From: an uncultured Flavipsychrobacter sp.
GTDB taxonomy: Bacteria > Bacteroidota > Bacteroidia > Chitinophagales > Chitinophagaceae
Direction: 5' to 3'
Assembly (NCBI GenBank): GCA_964481425.1
Contig: CAYZTM010000009.1
Coordinates: 31,452 to 95,451, forward strand
Length of the DNA stretch: 64,000 bases
In this document: positions 57,322-64,000 of the stretch, one piece after another
How positions within the stretch are numbered: position 1 is the first letter of the stretch
How the letters are laid out: each line of letters opens with the position of its first letter
Program-made: the position numbers and the translations under genes
The notes under the pieces: model-generated
What the model saw: the letters and a program-made list of their open reading frames with translations, nothing else
Databases searched by the model: none
What the model was told of the DNA's origin: nothing

Positions 57322-57960
57322 TCATACATCAACGCCTGTAAGTCTCGCTTTCGCAATGAGCGCCTCTATTAACTCTATGGTCATTACATCCTTAAAGGTG
57401 TTGAGCCAAATGGATGCGTTTATCAGTACTTCAGTTCTGTTCCGCTTAAACATACTCTCCAATTCAGCAGGTGTCAGTTTGGGGTACTCAATAGGGTTCA
57501 ACACTTCATCAGGTGTAGGGTTATAGTTATCTGGAAAGTCCTCATCTGCACCGTAAAGGCTAAAAGCCTGTTCCCATGCTAAGCTATCGAGGGTATGGAT
57601 AAGCTGGTGTATGTCGAGCGGTATCATTTTGTTTAGGTCAGGGTTCTGATAGTCGCTTAGCTCAACATGCCCAATATCTAAGCCATCATAGTAGCCTATA
57701 AACGGCTGCCAAATCCCCACCTTCCACATTGCCCTTAGCTCATCCGTCCACTCCAAATTCTGGTTAAAGGATAGCCCTATAGACGGCTTGCATATCTGCT
57801 CTGTGTCCTGTATGTAGATGGGATAATATGCCTCGCCCATGATTAGGTGAGGCATGTATTTCTTCACTTGTTCGGTGGTAAACGGATAGTGCAGGGAGAT
57901 ATACCTTATGGCGAAGTCAAGGTTACTGGCAAAGAAGTCGTAGAATGGATTGCTGTTCAT
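57322..57960 (-). CDS. hypothetical cytoplasmic protein (4th gene of island operon)
   Basis: 212 aa with no signal peptide or TM segment and no recognised motif. It starts 20 nt after the upstream stop. Confidence 0.5.
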   Translation of the reverse strand: MNSNPFYDFFASNLDFAIRYISLHYPFTTEQVKKYMPHLIMGEAYYPIYIQDTEQICKPSIGLSFNQNLEWTDELRAMWKVGIWQPFIGYYDGLDIGHVELSDYQNPDLNKMIPLDIHQLIHTLDSLAWEQAFSLYGADEDFPDNYNPTPDEVLNPIEYPKLTPAELESMFKRNRTEVLINASIWLNTFKDVMTIELIEALIAKARLTGVDV

Positions 57961-57980
57961 GTTGTGCCGAGATGAGGTAG

Positions 57981-58490
57981 CTAAAAGTACGTGTCTTGTA
58001 AGTAGCGGTCAATGGTATTTGCACCTTCCATCAGATAAGGATACATCTCCATGTACTTCCCCAGGTCATGGCTTACGCCGACCTCCTTACTAAGAGGTTT
58101 AATGAACAGTAGATACGTGATGATGCCCCCATAGTAAGTAGAGCCTTCCTCAAATATCTTGTCCAGTTCTGCCGTGTACAGTTTCAAGCGGTTCTCCAAG
58201 AACTTCACTGTTCCTTCCTTATCCAGTTTCAGGTAGCCATCCCGTGCAATGTGAATTAGCAACTCTCCATAGAGTGGTGATAAAACGGGCTGCACATCCT
58301 CCAAGCTGTCATAGGCAAGCCTTTTGCATACTGCGGTGAATAGTATGTTACACTCGATTTGCGAACTCATGTTTGACTTCATTGAGGTATGGCTCATGAC
58401 CGTGGTAGTGCAGCCATTTATCACCTTGTATATCTCCCTCTGTGGTTGATATGGTCGCAAATGATTAAAGAAGTCTTTCAATGCACCCAT
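57981..58490 (-). CDS. hypothetical cytoplasmic protein (3rd gene of island operon)
   Basis: I prefer the start at MGALKDFF (58490), 5 nt after the upstream stop, giving 169 aa. No motif was recognised. Confidence 0.5.
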   Translation of the reverse strand: MGALKDFFNHLRPYQPQREIYKVINGCTTTVMSHTSMKSNMSSQIECNILFTAVCKRLAYDSLEDVQPVLSPLYGELLIHIARDGYLKLDKEGTVKFLENRLKLYTAELDKIFEEGSTYYGGIITYLLFIKPLSKEVGVSHDLGKYMEMYPYLMEGANTIDRYLQDTYF

Positions 58491-58495
58491 AGTAG

Positions 58496-59110
58496 TTAGC
58501 GTATATTGGTAATCTTGAAACTGTTTAGAACTTGTGCATACAGCGGCTTCCACAGGGCTTCATCCTTCTGCCTGTATGACAAAATGAGCTGGTGCATCCT
58601 ATCATTGTTATGGAAGGTGTACATGACTACATAGACGGGTGGATTACTGCCTACCTGACGTACATATGAAGTCTTAAGAGCCTTGCAGCCGTTAACCATT
58701 TCTACGGTAGTGCCATTCCATGCAAGTAGTTTATCTGCACCCCTGTAATCGCCTTCGTTGGCTTTTCTGAACTGCTCATTGACCTGCTGTAGCTCTGTAG
58801 GCGACACATTCCATGTGTTCATTTTCAGGTACGCACCAGCCTTCTTTACGAAGGTGTTGATAATGACCTGTGCATAGGTTGTAGATGCCTTCTGTTTAAA
58901 GGTCATTGTCTTTGGTGTGGTAACTGACGGATAGGCACTGCTTGCGTAGTTGTGCGCATCGGTGTTATAGGTGTCGTCCGCCTTTGCCATATTGGACGGG
59001 ATAGATATTGTGCCTACGTCTGTTATGGAATAGCTGTGCATTTGTGGCTTCTGTGCGCTGGCATGTACGGTTACCACCAATAAACATGCTGTAATAATTG
59101 CTCGTATCAT
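58496..59110 (-). CDS. hypothetical secreted protein (2nd gene of island operon)
   Basis: The start at MIRAIITACLLVVTVHASAQ (59110) is a signal peptide. Its ATG overlaps the upstream TGA (GTATGA). Confidence 0.55.
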   Translation of the reverse strand: MIRAIITACLLVVTVHASAQKPQMHSYSITDVGTISIPSNMAKADDTYNTDAHNYASSAYPSVTTPKTMTFKQKASTTYAQVIINTFVKKAGAYLKMNTWNVSPTELQQVNEQFRKANEGDYRGADKLLAWNGTTVEMVNGCKALKTSYVRQVGSNPPVYVVMYTFHNNDRMHQLILSYRQKDEALWKPLYAQVLNSFKITNIR

Positions 59111-59370
59111 ACCTGCTCCTTCGGTTTTGACGGTGATACAAAGAAGCCAATTATGAACACCACAAGCCCGATACCACTGCCAAAAAGCAGGCTGGCAGGG
59201 TACATCTGCCAATAGAACTTATCGGGGTCAAGCTGTGCTTGCAATGTGTGCTGCTTGCTAATACCTTCACCGCCCATTTGAGCGCCCTTGCATACCCTGT
59301 CGTTTATGTAGTATGCAGCAATGAAGGTTACTATGAGTGCTATAATCAGAGGTGTTGTTGCTCTTTTCAT
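59107..59370 (-). CDS. small two-TM membrane protein (1st gene of island operon)
   Basis: 87 aa. The two hydrophobic helices are PLIIALIVTFIAAYYI and ASLLFGSGIGLVVFIIGFFV. Confidence 0.5.
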   Translation of the reverse strand: MKRATTPLIIALIVTFIAAYYINDRVCKGAQMGGEGISKQHTLQAQLDPDKFYWQMYPASLLFGSGIGLVVFIIGFFVSPSKPKEQV

Positions 59371-59416
59371 GTACTGTACGTTTTGAGATGTGAAAGTATA
59401 AAAGATTTCTGTACTT

Positions 59417-59434
59417 CATAGCAAATTTGCTATG
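59417..59434. promoter_or_regulatory. 18-bp perfect palindrome, a candidate operator in the divergent XRE/operon control region
   Basis: CATAGCAAATTTGCTATG is a perfect inverted repeat. It sits between the operon start (59370) and the XRE coding region, and each half contains AAATTTG, which resembles a -7 box. Confidence 0.5.
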
Positions 59435-59705
59435 GTGTAAACTACGAGTAAATACTCCCTTTGTGGGAGTGGCGAAACGGACTTACTACAAGGATGAGCA
59501 AGGGGTAATTGCCTTCGGTAACAAACTCCGTGAGATACGCCTTAAAAAGGGCTATTCACAGGAACGGCTTGCCAACGAAGCGGGGCTACCACCTTCCCAA
59601 ATCAGCAGGATAGAGACAGGAGTAATAAATACCTCCCTGTCTCATATCTGCTTGATTGCTCGTGTCCTTAAAGTGAAGCCAAAGGAGTTGATGGATTTCG
59701 ATTAG
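59427..59705 (+). CDS. XRE-family helix-turn-helix transcriptional regulator
   Basis: The HTH_3 pattern is LREIRLKKGYSQERLANEAGLPPSQISRIETG. No ATG lies upstream of the HTH. The track start is a TTG inside the palindrome, and the GTGs at 59463 or 59469 are more plausible starts. Confidence 0.7.
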   Translation: MLWCKLRVNTPFVGVAKRTYYKDEQGVIAFGNKLREIRLKKGYSQERLANEAGLPPSQISRIETGVINTSLSHICLIARVLKVKPKELMDFD

Positions 59706-59735
59706 TCTATTAGTCATGGTATAGCCTGCTGACCA

Positions 59736-59788
59736 TTCGAAAGAAAAGTCCTACCCACCTATACAGTATGTCCGACTTTTTTGTCGAA
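59736..59788 (+). repeat. 53-bp imperfect-palindrome element, copy 4
   Basis: The sequence is TTCGAAAGAAAAGTC-ctacccacctatacagtatgtcc-GACTTTTTTGTCGAA. Confidence 0.9.
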
Positions 59789-59964
59789 TGACTGCATAGG
59801 AAATAGGTGCAGGAGTTACCCCACACCTATTAGCCTTGACCCAGGTTCTTCCTTATTACCTACAGTGAATAAACTTGAACGGGTTGCAGATGAAATCCCA
59901 CAGTCCGATGAGGAATATTACCATGAGGATACTAAGGATGGTACGAATGATTTTTACAATGGTT

Positions 59965-61206
59965 TTAATCATCTCTCTGTTTTTGAAGGTTAACACTTTG
60001 GTTGGTTAGTTTGGCATCAAGGGCTGCCATGTCTCCGCTAATCTTAGTGTCCACAACCTTGCTATAAATCTGTGTGGTCTTGATGTTCGTGTGCCCAAGC
60101 ATTTTACTCACTGTCTCTATCGGCACTCCGTTGGAAAGTGTGATACTTGTAGCGAACGAGTGGCGTGCAATGTGGAACGTCAGCTTCTTGGTGATGCCGC
60201 ATACATCTGCAATCTCTTTCAAGTAAGCATTCATCTTTTGGTTTGAAGGAACTGGAAACACGTAGGCATTATCGGGGTTAGCTTTGGCTCTATATCGCTC
60301 AATTAGAGCCAGAGCTTGCGGCAGCAAGGGAATAGGTACCCTTGTATTCGTCTTAGTCCTGTAGGTCTGAATCCATAGCTTACCGTCAATACCCTTAGTA
60401 ATTTCCCCATGTCTTAGTTTCTTCACATCGGCATACGCCAATCCAGTGTAGCAACTGAACACGAATACATCTCTTACTTGGGTTAGTCGTGCGCTGACAA
60501 GTTCCTTAGACTGTATCAAGGTTATTTCTTCCTGCGTAAGGCACTCACGTATGACAGGCTGTAAGGTGCATTTGAAGGCTTTAAACGGGTCATGTTTCAG
60601 CCACTCCATGCCGATCCCGTAGTTAATTACCCGTTTCAAGAACTGGATGTACTTAATGGCTGTATTGTGCCCAATGTGTTCGTCCGCTTTCAAGTACAAC
60701 TCAAAGCCCATCAGGAAGCCTTTGTTAAGCTGGTCAAGGGCTATATCGCTTGCCTTGTACTGCTTACGCAGGAAGCCCTTCACTTTGAGCAATAGTGTCT
60801 CATACTTGGTATAGGTTGCTTTGCGGACTTCAATACCAACCCTACGCTTCACATAAGCGTTATGGTGATGCAGGAGCCTAATAAGATACTCTGCCTTCTC
60901 CGTGGGATTTACAAGCTTTCCCTTGATGAGTTGCGAGGTGATAGGTAAGTCCTGTTTCAAGCATTCAGCGTAGATGTCTGTCGCTTTCGCCCGATAGGTT
61001 GATAGCAACTTGTTCGCATTAAACGCCTCCTCGCTCTTACCCTTGATAACAGCCTTCGCGCTATCCCAATTTTGCTTAGTAGTTGTGATACCCAGGTTTA
61101 CTGCCTCTCGCTTGCCAGCAATGGTGATGCGCATGTAAATAGGGTACTTGTCATTTGAGCCTCGTTGGGTGTTGATGTAAAAGGAAATGTGTAATCGGTT
61201 GTCCAT
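59965..61206 (-). CDS. tyrosine-type site-specific integrase
   Basis: An N-terminal arm-binding-like domain and SAM-like core are followed by the catalytic region: ..TFHIARHSFAT.. (HxxR), GHTNIKTTQIYSKV (H..Y). I prefer the ATG at 61206 (MDNRLHISFY) over the GTG at 61224. Confidence 0.9.
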   Translation of the reverse strand: MDNRLHISFYINTQRGSNDKYPIYMRITIAGKREAVNLGITTTKQNWDSAKAVIKGKSEEAFNANKLLSTYRAKATDIYAECLKQDLPITSQLIKGKLVNPTEKAEYLIRLLHHHNAYVKRRVGIEVRKATYTKYETLLLKVKGFLRKQYKASDIALDQLNKGFLMGFELYLKADEHIGHNTAIKYIQFLKRVINYGIGMEWLKHDPFKAFKCTLQPVIRECLTQEEITLIQSKELVSARLTQVRDVFVFSCYTGLAYADVKKLRHGEITKGIDGKLWIQTYRTKTNTRVPIPLLPQALALIERYRAKANPDNAYVFPVPSNQKMNAYLKEIADVCGITKKLTFHIARHSFATSITLSNGVPIETVSKMLGHTNIKTTQIYSKVVDTKISGDMAALDAKLTNQSVNLQKQRDD

Positions 61207-61430
61207 TTGCTCTGTTTTGAGCACTTGGAAGCCGCATCATTCAGCAACAATGTATACGTGGTTGATTGACAGAGGCTAATGAGGTCTTTCTTGTTGTCCG
61301 CCTCTCGTTTGGTCTGTTGTCCTCATGTTGTCCGCTTGGCTATTCAGGCTCGAATGGGCTCGAATTATCGTGCAAAGAGCGTCATCCTCTGAAAGCCTTT
61401 ACTGACAACCATATAAGGATTCCGTAAATG

Positions 61431-61453
61431 AAAAAGAGCCACATAAGTGGCTC
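61431..61453 (-). terminator. island-borne terminator following the reconstituted tRNA-Ser
   Basis: The gagccac-ataa-gtggctc hairpin has a plus-strand A5 run, which is a T-run on the minus strand. Confidence 0.6.
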
Positions 61454-61469
61454 ATTATCAAGTAGTTAT

Positions 61470-61548
61470 GCGGAGAGAGAGGGATTCGAACCCCCGGACC
61501 TTTTACAGTCAACGGTTTTCAAGACCGCCGCATTCGACCACTCTGCCA
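61470..61548 (-). repeat. integrase-proximal att direct repeat (inside the functional tRNA-Ser)
   Basis: 78 of 79 nt are identical to 47587-47665. Confidence 0.9.
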
Positions 61549-61555
61549 TCTCTCC
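61471..61555 (-). tRNA. tRNA-Ser(TGA)
   Basis: The reverse complement reads GGAGAGATGGCAGAGTGGTCGAATGC-GGCGGTCTTGAAAACCGTT-GACTGTAAAAGGTCC-GGGGGTTCGAATCCCTC-TCTCTCCG. The acceptor stem pairs 7/7, the anticodon loop is CTTGAAA (TGA), and the long variable arm is present. Confidence 0.9.
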
Positions 61556-61705
61556 GGGCGCAAAATTAGATAAGCAGAGGGATTTTCAAAAAGTTTTTTC
61601 TCAGCCTTCTATATATTTTCAAAAATGATGTTAAAAGGCTTTACTTATGCCCCTATAGAAATCCATGCCTGGGCTGCCTGCGTAAGTAATAGTAAATTTG
61701 AAGAA

Positions 61706-62383
61706 ATGAACAGCATACTGAAAACATCGTTATTGCTCTCCCTGTTCTGCACCCAACTTTCGGCCTGTGCACAGGACGAGCATTACCCAAAATCAAAAAC
61801 ATTCAAAGAAATGAACGATAGCCAACCAACAACAAACACGCATCACCTGGATACCGCAACCTTTGGGGCAGGCTGCTTCTGGTGCACGGAGGCACAGTTC
61901 CAGCAGTTAGAGGGAGTGGAGAAAGTAGAATCAGGTTTTAGCGGGGGGCATGTAAAAAATCCTTCTTATCGGGAAGTATGTACAGGTACTACAGGCCATG
62001 CTGAGGTATGTAATATTTACTACGACCCATCAAAGATCTCATTCGATGAATTGCTGGCTGCCTTCTGGACCTGTCATGACCCTACTCAACTCAACAGGCA
62101 GGGCAATGATGTGGGCACCCAATACCGCTCCGTGATATTTTATCACAACGAAGAGCAAAAGCAGAAAGCAGAAGAGTATAAGAAAAAACTAAACGAAGAG
62201 AAAGCATATGACAAGCCTGTGGTAACTGAGATAAGTCCATTCACTGTGTTTTACAAAGCAGAGGATTATCACCAGGATTACTACAATGAGAACGGCTCTC
62301 AGCCTTATTGCATGTTCGTTATAAAACCGAAGCTTGATAAGTTTGAAAAGGTGTTCAAAGGGAAACTGAAGAAGAACCATTAA
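61706..62383 (+). CDS. msrA: peptide-methionine (S)-S-oxide reductase, secreted/lipoprotein form
   Basis: The GAGCFWCTEAQF active-site motif is present. I prefer the start at MNSILKTSLLLSLFCTQLSAC (61706), which is a signal peptide. Confidence 0.85.
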   Translation: MNSILKTSLLLSLFCTQLSACAQDEHYPKSKTFKEMNDSQPTTNTHHLDTATFGAGCFWCTEAQFQQLEGVEKVESGFSGGHVKNPSYREVCTGTTGHAEVCNIYYDPSKISFDELLAAFWTCHDPTQLNRQGNDVGTQYRSVIFYHNEEQKQKAEEYKKKLNEEKAYDKPVVTEISPFTVFYKAEDYHQDYYNENGSQPYCMFVIKPKLDKFEKVFKGKLKKNH

Positions 62384-62401
62384 ACATACTTTACTCCATG
62401 C

Positions 62402-62436
62402 AAAAAAATGCCGCGCAAATTGCGCGGCATTTTTTT
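62402..62436. terminator. bidirectional rho-independent terminator after msrA
   Basis: aaaaaaa-tgccgcgc-aaat-tgcgcggca-ttttttt is a GC-rich stem flanked by A and T runs. Confidence 0.8.
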
Positions 62437-62631
62437 GCATCAATTATTCTTCAATCAAAAGTTAAACATGAGCGGAGCATCACATATTATTGAATTGTTA
62501 AGTCTGAGTAACCCTCTATAAAGCCTGATGAGGAAGTACTAAGTTTGGCGTCCCTAAAAAGTTATAGCCCCTTATTTATACCGGGCCGGAATAGGAGGGA
62601 TCTATGCGGGGTTGATTGTGAATGAAAACTT

Positions 62632-63192
62632 ATGACATTGAAATTTAACACGAAAAAAGCTGTCAATGTTATCCTTTTTGTACTGAAGAGCCTTGGAGGA
62701 AAGTGCGATCCGTTTCGTTTGTTCGCTATCCTTTATGCGGCGGACTTAAAGCATCTTGCAGGTTTCGACAGCCTGATACTTGACGACAGCTATATAGCCA
62801 TGAAACACGGCGCTGTACCCTTTAATGTGTATAGCATGTACCTGCAATTATACCGCGATGCAGTAGATGAATCATCGGGAGTAAACCTGAAGGAATATTT
62901 CTACATCAACGAGCAGAACCTGGTGGTATCAATAGCACAATATGATGACCGATATATTACCCCATCAGAAGCAGGCTGCCTGTTTGAAGCGATACGCGAG
63001 ATCAAGAATGAAAGTTTTGAATCGCTGAGCCGCAGCACCCGCAACCTTCCCTGGCGGGAGGCTAATAAGAATGGAGAAATATCTCTGCTGAGTATGGCCA
63101 AAGAAAGCGGTGCTTCTGATGAGTTGCTCAACTACATCAGCCACTCACTAGATGCAGGCACAGCAGTTGCGGGAGATAATACGATAGAGTAG
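62632..63192 (+). CDS. Panacea (DUF4065/SocA-like) domain protein
   Basis: 186 aa. The N-terminal pattern KAVNVILFVLKSLGG..D.FRLFAILYAADLKHLAGFD..I.DD.YIAMKHGAVP matches the DUF4065 antitoxin-type domain. Confidence 0.6.
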   Translation: MTLKFNTKKAVNVILFVLKSLGGKCDPFRLFAILYAADLKHLAGFDSLILDDSYIAMKHGAVPFNVYSMYLQLYRDAVDESSGVNLKEYFYINEQNLVVSIAQYDDRYITPSEAGCLFEAIREIKNESFESLSRSTRNLPWREANKNGEISLLSMAKESGASDELLNYISHSLDAGTAVAGDNTIE

Positions 63193-63193
63193 C

Positions 63194-63454
63194 TTATTTG
63201 CTCAACAATTTATTTACCAGGTCGGTGTACTGCTGCATGGCCTCATCTGCATTCATGCCTTTCAATCCAAGCCAGGCCTCATGCTTTGCCCTGCCAACGA
63301 TATCAAATGGATTTGATGGCCCATCATCACCGGCATCACCTTCTGTAGCTTGCTTAAACAGACTATATAAACGCAGTAGTGTTTCGTTATCGGGTCGACT
63401 GCTTATCGTTTTGCTGTCCGCAACCGCTTTTTCGAAATTTTCTTTTAAGCTCAT
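63194..63454 (-). CDS. acyl-CoA-binding protein (ACBP)
   Basis: 86 aa. ACBP signatures are present: F..A....K......P....LL.LY.L.KQAT.GD ... K..AW..L.GM....AM..Y. Confidence 0.85.
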   Translation of the reverse strand: MSLKENFEKAVADSKTISSRPDNETLLRLYSLFKQATEGDAGDDGPSNPFDIVGRAKHEAWLGLKGMNADEAMQQYTDLVNKLLSK

Positions 63455-63474
63455 GTTATGTGTTTTTTACTGAT

Positions 63475-63507
63475 AAAAAGATCCCGCAACTAAAGTAAGC
63501 TGCGGGA
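63475..63507 (-). terminator. possible terminator of the T9SS-protein gene
   Basis: tcccgca / tgcggga forms a 7-bp stem with a 12-nt loop. The plus-strand A-run is a T-run on the minus strand after the hairpin. Confidence 0.4.
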
Positions 63508-63533
63508 CCCTTATTATAAAATCTGTTATTCAC

Positions 63534-64000
63534 TTATTGCACCACCAACTGCCTGATAACAGGCATATGTTCATCATCATTCACAAACCGCGCTTTTATA
63601 AAATATATGCCGGGCGCAAGGTTTCCTGTCGTTACTCTGTAATCATAGTTATTCAAGCCGGCATGCTCTTTTACCAGCCTACCCGTAGCATCATATAGGG
63701 ATATGCTCTCCATGGCCGAGGATGCCTTTATATTCACCACATCTCTTACCGGGTTAGGGAATAAGGACACGTCGGGGGCAAGGCGTTTAGCACCGGGAAC
63801 AGACAATGCTTCGCATACATAACCTTCTGCAAGAAACTTGCAGACAATAGAATCAACCGAATAGAACATAGGATCATTGGTGTTATTATTCGACCAGGGA
63901 ACATGGCCCTGGCCGGGGAAAACGATACTCATGTGGTAAACAGAATTAGCCGTATATACACCTTCCAACACTCCAAGACCGCATAAGGTAACCGGGCAGG
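63534..64000 (-). CDS. T9SS C-terminal sorting-domain protein, C-terminal fragment (5' end off-window)
   Basis: The minus-strand frame is open from the window edge. The C-terminus LFPNPVRDVVNIK...GIYFIKARF... is a type A sorting domain. Confidence 0.65.
   Translation of the reverse strand, partial: CPVTLCGLGVLEGVYTANSVYHMSIVFPGQGHVPWSNNNTNDPMFYSVDSIVCKFLAEGYVCEALSVPGAKRLAPDVSLFPNPVRDVVNIKASSAMESISLYDATGRLVKEHAGLNNYDYRVTTGNLAPGIYFIKARFVNDDEHMPVIRQLVVQ

Noticed and set aside
48308-59788. Classical integron (intI, attI and attC cassettes) as the explanation for the 53-bp elements.
   Set aside because: The arms do not carry the RYYYAAC/GTTRRRY core sites. The integrase has a phage-type arm-binding N-terminus, and it is adjacent to the array by its 3' end rather than being divergently transcribed next to an attI. 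The blocks contain their own promoters and multi-gene operons, and one copy is inverted. Only the architectural analogy is retained.

Overview
The window is a chromosomal segment from a Bacteroidota genome, probably Chitinophagaceae- or Sphingobacteriia-like. Supporting signs are several T9SS C-terminal sorting domains, a CarbopepD-type TonB-dependent receptor, TTG-N20-TAnnTTTG promoter boxes and no Shine-Dalgarno usage. The content runs as follows. (1) 1-20.6 kb holds housekeeping and metabolic genes: a TonB receptor/HMA/HYC_CC_PP cluster, aldehyde dehydrogenase, phosphoglucomutase, fructose-6-P aldolase, MscS, a racemase-GNAT pair, a universal stress protein, tRNA-Leu(CAG), and a REC-PAS protein. 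(2) 21.1-32.6 kb is a Wzx/Wzy-type exopolysaccharide locus: a Wzc tyrosine autokinase with a (YG)n tail, flippase, polymerase, three GT4 glycosyltransferases, and a PglC/PglD/PglE-like initiating module. (3) 35.9-38.4 kb is an AT-rich islet of small lipoprotein genes interleaved with a hairpin-containing 189-bp repeat family, one copy of which truncates a GT2 gene. (4) 38.5-43.4 kb is an hmgA-hppD-paaABCD aromatic catabolism operon. (5) 47.6-61.6 kb is a roughly 14-kb integrative island in tRNA-Ser(TGA), and it is the most interesting part of the window. It is bounded by a 79-nt direct repeat, with a complete tRNA at the integrase end and a 5'-truncated copy with the original terminator at the other end. 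It carries a tyrosine integrase, an XRE regulator, a four-gene operon of unknown function, a cation/proton antiporter, an SF2 helicase, and a Sak4-like ATPase/DUF3871-like/GIY-YIG module. I recognise no capsid, terminase or relaxase genes. Five copies of an exactly 53-bp imperfect-palindrome element divide the island into gene modules; I cannot assign this element to any known repeat or recombination-site family. (6) 61.7-64 kb holds msrA, an orphan Panacea (DUF4065) domain gene, an acyl-CoA-binding protein and a partial T9SS protein. All functional calls come from motif recognition by eye, and no database search was run.
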